42,359 nucleotides of DNA. Source: Octopus bimaculoides. Its lineage: Eukaryota. The translations under genes were made by a program, and so were the position numbers. The first letter of the stretch is position 1. Every line of letters starts with the position of its first letter. Positions 35,960-42,359 of this stretch are shown here, piece by piece. Below the pieces are notes generated by a model, which was not told where the DNA came from, made no database searches, and worked only from the letters and a program-made list of their open reading frames with translations. The stretch lies in the NCBI RefSeq assembly GCF_001194135.2, contig NC_068985.1:3701684-3744042 (forward strand). Reading direction: 5' to 3'.

Positions 35960-36400
35960 GAGACAGAAGCAAAAAGGATAGCTGTACTGTTGGTAGATTT
36001 CGGGAAGCATGGAAGTCTTGAAGGGTGTAGTGTCTCAGCAGCTAACGACTGATGTGGGTAGTTTTTTTCCATGTTTCAGCAATTCTGATTGTGAAAATGT
36101 CGTGAATGTCTTGGGTGCTGTGTTGGTTTTTTTGAATTTGTAAGCCTGTCCACGAGTGTTAGACATACGGAATTCAAAAAGGTGCCCAAGGTTGTTGTTG
36201 GAAAGATGGTGGATAATCTTGTGGGTGCCTACCAAGTCAGTTGCCGAACATTGGAGCTTTAATGTTCCTATGCACAGGGAAGAAAGATGTTCAGAATATG
36301 GTAGATGCCTGACGGTGGGTATTCATTTGGTTTCGTATTTCTGAACAGTTTCCAGGAGATTAATATGCAGAGCAAGGTAGGGGTCTCAGGCTGATGATGC
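35960..36400 (-). mobile_element. CR1/L2-like LINE 3' fragment
   Basis: THKIIHHL..FEFRMSNTRGQAYK..KLPTSVVSC resembles the TRGH..K..WN.LP..VV C-terminal motif. Confidence 0.75.
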
Positions 36401-36654
36401 AAACTCTTTGTTCCTGTATAATGTGAATTCAAGTCATACCCATATCTATTTCATTATCCATTTCTAAAAGACATTCGAGTGATGTAATACTGTCACTTCA
36501 ATTGACCCTTTATTTTGAATTTATCAATTTGTGCCAATATGATGCTGAAGTTGGTGGAGTGAAGAAAATGGTACAGAACCAAACTAGATGAAAAAGAGTG
36601 AATGTTCATGGTTTAAATGTTTAGCATTCAAACTGGCAGTATGGGGCCCAAGTG

Positions 36655-36890
36655 AAGGTGCATGGCTCAGTGGTTAGGGCATTCAGCTCTCAATTGTAAA
36701 GTTGCGAGTTCAATTGGTGACACTTTGTCTTTGAGCAAGACACTTTATTTCATTCCACTCAGTTGTCAAAAATGAGGAGTACCTGTAATTCAAAGGGTCA
36801 CCCTTATCCCATTCTGTGTCATGATAAATCTCTTCAGAACTACATGAAAGGTACATTAATTTCATGAGTAGGTTGTTCCTTTGATTGAAC
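36655..36890 (+). repeat. Family D SINE
   Basis: GGTGCATGGCTCAGTGGTTAG..CTTTGAGCAAGACACTTTATTTC. Confidence 0.75.
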
Positions 36891-36959
36891 CAACTGGGAC
36901 ATTCAGCATCATTAGTGATGGACAGCCAGGTCACCAGGCCCAAATACTCTACTTATTTA

Positions 36960-37101
36960 TTGCTCAAACTAACCAGATCATGCTTCTCATACTTACCCTA
37001 CAATGTCTTAAAACTAGAAGATAATACATGATTAATCCATATCAATGTGAATAAATAAAGCATTACATTTGACAGAGGAATCTGAATGCTGAAGGGTTAA
37101 A
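36960..37101 (-). mobile_element. Partial copy of the 16.4 kb MITE family
   Basis: Ends CATTACATTTGACAGAGGAATCTGAATGCTGAAGGGTTAA, the reverse complement of the family left end. Confidence 0.55.
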
Positions 37102-37687
37102 CAGCTTTAATCAAAATCCTGCTCAGGCAGGACTTAAACAACAGCAACAACAACATAAGAGAATTTAGTTTCTTCTTTTTATTTTAAATTGAAACTTTTT
37201 TTTTGTCTTTTAATCATGAAAGGTTGATCAGATAAATACCTGCAGTATATTGTGGTGAGGGAAACGAAGCAGCCTAACATCCAAAGTAGAGGCCTCCGTC
37301 TGCCACCATCTGAAGCCACTTTTCTGCCAGTTCCTTAATCCCATGATGATACCAATTTGTATCGCTCAAGGCAAAGAATTCCTTCACTGAAGCTCCCACC
37401 TCCTCTTGGTTGATGAAGCACAGGAAGTAAGCCAGGGATTGAAACGAGTAATAAGCAGTGGTTAAGTTAGGGGCCGGCTTCTGGAACCTGTTGCCAAACA
37501 TGGGTCTTTCGAACACAAGGTGATGCTCTGTGTCTGGTGGAATTATGAGGGGATAATCCACTACGAGGTCATTCCACACAGTCGAACCATCGATGCCAAC
37601 CTGCACTCCGAACAGCTGCAGTAGATGTCTGCCAATATATGGCAAAAATACCCAGAACTGCTTAAAAGAAAATGAGTTGTTTTTCTG

Positions 37688-37918
37688 GTGGTGAGCCGGC
37701 AAAATCGTTCGCACGACAGGCAAAATGCTAAGCGGTATTTCATCTGTCTTTACGTTCTGAGTTCAAATTCCACCGAGGTTGACTTTGCCTTTCATCCTTT
37801 CGGGGTCAATTAAATAAGTACCAATTGTGCACTGGGGTCGATGTAATCAACTTAATCCCTTTGTCTATCCTTGTTTGTCCCCTCTATGTTTAGCCCCTTG
37901 TGGGCAATAAAGAAATAA
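37688..37918 (+). repeat. Family B SINE inserted in the outer mariner
   Basis: Near-identical to 30729-30959; degenerate flanking duplication AGAAA[A/G]TGA[G/A]TTGT. Confidence 0.85.
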
Positions 37919-38029
37919 GAAAGTGAATTGTCTTGCAGCAAGACAACACAAGACCTCATACCATTTGAACAATCCAGAAGAAATGCCAGGAACTGGAAGG
38001 AATTGAACTGATGCCACACCAAACATATA

Positions 38030-38720
38030 TGAGGTGGTATCAAAAAATTCCCTGACTAATTCTGTAGAATGCCAACAGATGGCAGCACATGGTTGTGTTC
38101 ACAGTGAGAGCCAGCAGTGACCTTCATGAGGCAGTGTGTTAAGTGACATTGCTGTGTTTACTTTGCAAGTTGTGAAATTTGCTTTTTTGTGATCACATGT
38201 ATACTGTAGTCTGCAGTTTTGTCATGGAGAGGAAGTTGGAACAAAGAGCCAACATGAAACGGATTGTGTGCAATGGGTTGTATGCAGTGTTTCAAGTGAC
38301 TTCAAAAGTAGAAGACTGTCCCTGGAAGACCTGCCAGAAGCATCACCCCCCCCCCCACAAATGGGGAGAAAAGTCATCAGCTTGTGAATGAAGATTGTTG
38401 GAGGACAAACAACGATATTGCTGGTGTTGTTGGTCTGTCGGGTGGGTCTGTGCAGGCAATCCTAACGTCTGAACATGCAGTGTGTCTCTGCCAAGTTTGT
38501 CGCCATGCCTCCTGACCACCGGGCAGAATGAACATCACACCGAGGTCTATGAAGATATCTGTCAGCGTGCTGCTGATGACTCCTCCTTCATGTCGAAGAT
38601 CATCGGTGATGAGAGTACGACCCGGAGGTGAAACAGCAGTCATCACAATGGAAGGTGACTGTTTCAAAGAAGATGATGTTAAGACTTAGATAAATATGAG
38701 AACTTTTTGCTATCACCTCG
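38030..38720 (+). mobile_element. Inner internally deleted mariner
   Basis: TA duplication (38028-29, 38721-22); TIRs TGAGGTGGTATCAAAAAATTCCC / GAGAACTTTTTGCTATCACCTCG; decayed MERKLEQRANMK..VSAKFV..YDPEVKQQSSQWK. Confidence 0.85.
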
Positions 38721-39518
38721 TAGTATGGACCTGGTTCTCTTGGATTATTACATGTTCCAATCCATGACCCACTTCCTACGTTCATGATGCTTTATCAACC
38801 AAGAGGAGGTGGAAACTTCAGTGAAGGAATTCTTCACCTCAAAGGACAAGAACTGGTATGTATCAGCATGGAATCAAAGAACTGACAGAAAGGTGACTTT
38901 AGACGGTGCAACACGATGGCCTCCACTTTGAATGCCAGGCTGCTTTTGACAAATAAAGCAATTAAGTTACCAAAATATTGCATAACTTTTGACTCAGCAC
39001 AATCTTAATGTTGCTAGAATCAGTACCTACTGAATGTTTGGGTTGGTTAAGTCAACTTTATTCCTCATCAACAAATCTTAGTTGTTCTCCGATGTTAGGA
39101 ATTTTTAATTAAATTCTGTCTACTGAATGCCTCGTTCCATTGGTAAATAAATATCACTGTACCTTTTCAATAGGACTTTGTTTATTTCAGAAATTATTAA
39201 TTAGAAATTGTCATGCCAATTAATTACACAAAGCTTTAGTAATTAGTGATAATGTAGTTTTGTTTGCTAGTGAGTGGAAGAAATGAAAATTATTTTATAA
39301 ATATGATGTCAAGATAGGAAGATACACCTACACACACAAATACGCAAATACATGTGTGTATGTATAAGAAAGAAAGAATGAGCAATTGAAACATGTGGTA
39401 TCCCTTAGAACATGGAATTTATTACAGCCATAAAAGACTTTATGCATTATTTCTTAATCCCTTATTTACTCTAACTTCTCTGCAACTATGTTTGAGTTAT
39501 AAATTCCAGGCTCTACAG

Positions 39519-39660
39519 CAGTGGTTCCCAACCTGGGGTCCACAGACCCCTGGTGGTCCACAGACCCCTGGTGGTCCACAGACCCCTGGTGGTCCACAGA
39601 CCCCTGGTGGTCCACAAAGGAAGTACTGGAGGGTCTGTGAACTAAATTCAAAATTTCGTG
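39519..39660. mobile_element. hAT-type MITE left end with an 18-bp tandem array
   Basis: CTCTACAG then CAGTGGTTCCCAAC; GGTCCACAGACCCCTGGT x4 plus partial (39537-39616); right end not seen, gap follows. Confidence 0.6.
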
Positions 39661-41229
39661 TTATAAATTTGAGTGATGTTTTTCTGTCCGTTACATGCAA
39701 GGACANNNNNNNNNNNNNNNNNNNNNNNNNNNNNNNNNNNNNNNNNNNNNNNNNNNNNNNNNNNNNNNNNNNNNNNNNNNNNNNNNNNNNNNNNNNNNNN
39801 NNNNNNNNNNNNNNNNNNNNNNNNNNNNNNNNNNNNNNNNNNNNNNNNNNNNNNNNNNNNNNNNNNNNNNNNNNNCCCCCCCCCTATTTTTATGGGGAGG
39901 GAGTTTGGAATGGGGTGTCAGATAATTAATACCAGGAGATGCATATACAATGAATGTGTCTAAGTCCATTACATTATACAAGGTTAGAGGGTCACAATGT
40001 GGCCTGATAGTGGGGCCAGAGACCTCAAAGGTGCCCTCCACAGGAGCTAGCCTGAATGCTGCCCAAAGGGTGGCTTCAAGGCTAGTATATATATATATAT
40101 ATATATATATATACTTACATACATTAGGATAAGCATATTAAAAGGGGTCCCATGGGAAAACTCATTTAAATAAAAGGATTGGGAATGATTGCTGTAAAGT
40201 GATTCCACATGTTTTGCGTGTTTATTCTTTCCTTTTAATATAAATCTGCTCAATGATAGACCACTTATAGCCATTCATTGCTAGGCAGCTACAAACCACC
40301 TTTGTTTTAGTTGCAGTTCAACTCAGAGTTTTTTGTGGCAAACCACCCTGGCCACTTACCACACATAACCTATTACATTATGTTATTGGATGCAATTTTT
40401 TATATGTGTCTTTGTACATAGGCACTTCTTTCAGTTTTTGTCTGCCAAACCCACCCAGAAAACTTTGCTCAGCCCTGGGCTAGGCCAGAAGATACTTGGC
40501 CAAGATGCCATGTAGTGGGACTGAACCGGAAATTGTGTGTAATTGAGAAATGCCTGCACTTATTGTTGAAGGTAATAATTGTGTTGTATTGAGAAATAGA
40601 AGTACTAGTTTTCTAGAGTACTAAATGTTAGATTGCTGTTTGTTAGCCTCAAGTCAGTGCTGATCAAGTAGACATCATCATCTTCATCATCATCTTCATC
40701 ATAATTTTAATGATCCTTTTTCCTTGGTTGTATGGCTCAAATGGATTTTGTTGAAGAAGATTTTCTACAGCCAGTTGCATTTCTTGTGCTTGAACCCCTG
40801 CCTGGTTCCAAGCAAATATTTCTCCATGATCAGACATGTTTTTAAAGAGGACTGGAAACAAACAACTTATAAATCTAATACTTTCCTATCCTTCCTCAAT
40901 ACAGGTTCCCATATGCTGTTCATGTCTGCACTCTGTCTACTTAGGAGGTTGTTGTGTCCTAGCATATGTGCTGCTGCTTTTAGTTTTCATATTTTCCAGT
41001 GGTGTTCTCTCTCTATTTCTCCATTCCTGTGGGATGATGTTAAGATAATAGAGAGAGAACACCACTGGAAAAATACGAAAACTAAAAGAGGCAGCACATA
41101 TGCTAGGACACAACAACCTCCTAAGCAGACCAAGTGCAGATATGAACAGCATATGGGAACCGGTATTAAGGAAGGATAGGAGAATATTAGATTTATAAGC
41201 CCTAAAAAATTGACTCCATAATTGCCCAC

Positions 41230-41300
41230 GGGCATATTGCGTAGTGGTTAAGAGCGTGGGCTACTAACGCCACTTTTCAGAGTTCAATTCCAGGCAGTGA
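41230..41300 (+). repeat. tRNA-derived unit (A box, B box, CT-ACT-AA loop) inside the PLE module; not a functional tRNA
   Basis: TTGCGTAGTGG A-box-like, GAGTTCAATTCC B-box-like; homologous copy at about 9528-9596 on minus strand. Confidence 0.65.
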
Positions 41301-41408
41301 CCTGTACAACAACAACAAAAATAATAACAACAATAGTAATAATAATAATGATTATAACAACATTGAAAAATACTTTAGGAATGAGAACTCAGGTTAGAAA
41401 TTTTATAA

Positions 41409-41454
41409 GACACCTGATGAAGGCTGGAGGGTATATCAACTGAAATGTTGTGTT
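41409..41454 (+). ncRNA. Degenerate minimal type I hammerhead of a Penelope-like element
   Basis: Stem I GACAC/GTGTT, CTGATGA, extra A, stem II GGCTG/CAACT (one mismatch, one wobble), GAAA-TG-TT. Confidence 0.55.
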
Positions 41455-42292
41455 AACAACAAACAAGATGAGGACAAATATGTACATAATTCCTCATCTC
41501 TTAAAGCTTTTACAGTATTCACAGAGCATTGAGCAGCAGTCATCCAGCGCAAATCATCAAGGTACAAATAACCATTTTCCAATTTCCAGATGGCTTCCAG
41601 TCCTCCATCTTGGCTAACTTTCAGTGTCTGTCTACCAAATCCACTCACAAGTCTTTGGTCAGCCTAAGTGCTATGTAGTGGGACTGAACCCAGAATCCTG
41701 TGCTTGGGAAGCAATCTTGCCTGCACTATTGTTTAATCTATTTTTATGTATCAATCATTTTCAAATGTTTTGTAACAAAAAAAAAAAAAAGAAAGAACAT
41801 TGATTGCAGGGAAAAAATATTATCCATCTCCACAACTGGAATTATTTTAGATATTGATCTTATCTTCATTGAATCTTTTTTTCCATTGCTGTGGCCATCG
41901 TTGATAAATTGGTCATTTCTAATTAAACAACACTGATTAGATCTTACTCAAAACTGATTCTAAAATAGTTTTTTCAGTCAAATATTTCCACAAAACACTT
42001 GAAAAAATGTTTTGCACTAATTTATTCTTTTAGTCTTTCCATCCTTTTTGATAAATAATATTATATCAAACTCCCCACCACCCACTGCAGGCCCCTCCAT
42101 CCTCCCTCACATGCCTATCCACACACTCTCCATGCCCTCACGTATCTACCACACCCCAGCCATGGCCAAAACCTCTCACCATCACTTGCTATCTTTAAAT
42201 GTCTCCCTCACACTCTGTCTCCTTTCTGCTGCTTATATTCCCCACCATTGTCCCCTAAGGGCAGACCCTTTCTGTTTCATTGACGCACACAC

Positions 42293-42294
42293 TT

Positions 42295-42359
<65 letters not shown>
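42293..42359. repeat. (CT)n microsatellite running to the window end
   Basis: Direct reading. Confidence 0.95.

Larger units (their letters stand above)
37248..39003 (+). mobile_element. Outer mariner relic whose left arm is an inverted copy of its 3' end
   Basis: + strand KVMLCVWWNYEGIIHYE..(SINE)..LQQDNTRPH..LMPHP..(insert)..DYYMFQSM..NQEEV..KEFF; 37274-37500 carries the same C-terminus on minus strand; ends TATTGTGGTGAG / CTCAGCACAAT. Confidence 0.8.
40866..41510 (+). mobile_element. Penelope-like element 3' fragment with 5' inverted duplication
   Basis: 41030-41198 gives WDDVKIIEREHHWK/IRKLKEAAHMLGHNNLLSRPSADMNSIWEPVLRKDRRILDL* with one frameshift, resembling a PLE GIY-YIG C-terminus; followed by tRNA-like unit, (AAC/AAT)n, hammerhead and tail; 40866-41017 is an inverted copy of 41047-41199. 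Confidence 0.7.

Noticed and set aside
39393-39929. ORF with GPQTPG repeats, collagen-like
   Set aside because: Translation of the 18-bp MITE tandem array, running into an N gap.
40724-41235. Four overlapping ORFs on both strands suggesting a small gene
   Set aside because: Products of the palindrome; only the frameshifted PLE C-terminus is meaningful.
41230-41300. Functional tRNA-Ser(ACT) gene
   Set aside because: No proper acceptor stem or long variable arm; embedded in a repeat; copies differ.
1-42359. CRISPR array, rRNA or prokaryotic operon
   Set aside because: No regularly spaced direct repeats or rRNA-like sequence; spliced gene and SINEs show a eukaryotic locus.

Overview
Eukaryotic, AT-rich, repeat-dense animal DNA. 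The repeat families suggest an octopus or other coleoid cephalopod; this is an inference, not a database result. One host gene is visible: seven + strand GT-AG exons (10277-33983, 945 nt, 314 codons plus TAG) of a choline/ethanolamine phosphotransferase (CEPT1/CHPT1 family). Its N-terminal exon(s) were not found in the window. None of the ORF-track ORFs is a complete gene. The rest is mostly mobile DNA: several tRNA-derived SINE families, RTE and CR1-like LINE fragments, nested mariner relics, hAT, piggyBac-like and Mutator-like MITEs, two Helentron-like (HINE) elements, microsatellites and three assembly gaps. The most interesting signals are (1) minimal type I hammerhead-ribozyme motifs. One with an intact core lies on the sense strand of a CEPT intron (27465-27524). 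Others lie in a Penelope-like element 3' module that joins a GIY-YIG stop codon, a tRNA-derived A/B-box unit, an (AAT)n spacer and a hammerhead (9.3-9.8 kb and 40.9-41.5 kb, both with inverted architecture). (2) Covarying hairpins in the intronic hammerhead family. (3) A possible editable UAG stop followed by a 30-codon in-frame extension. Repeat boundaries are approximate unless TSDs or TIRs are quoted.
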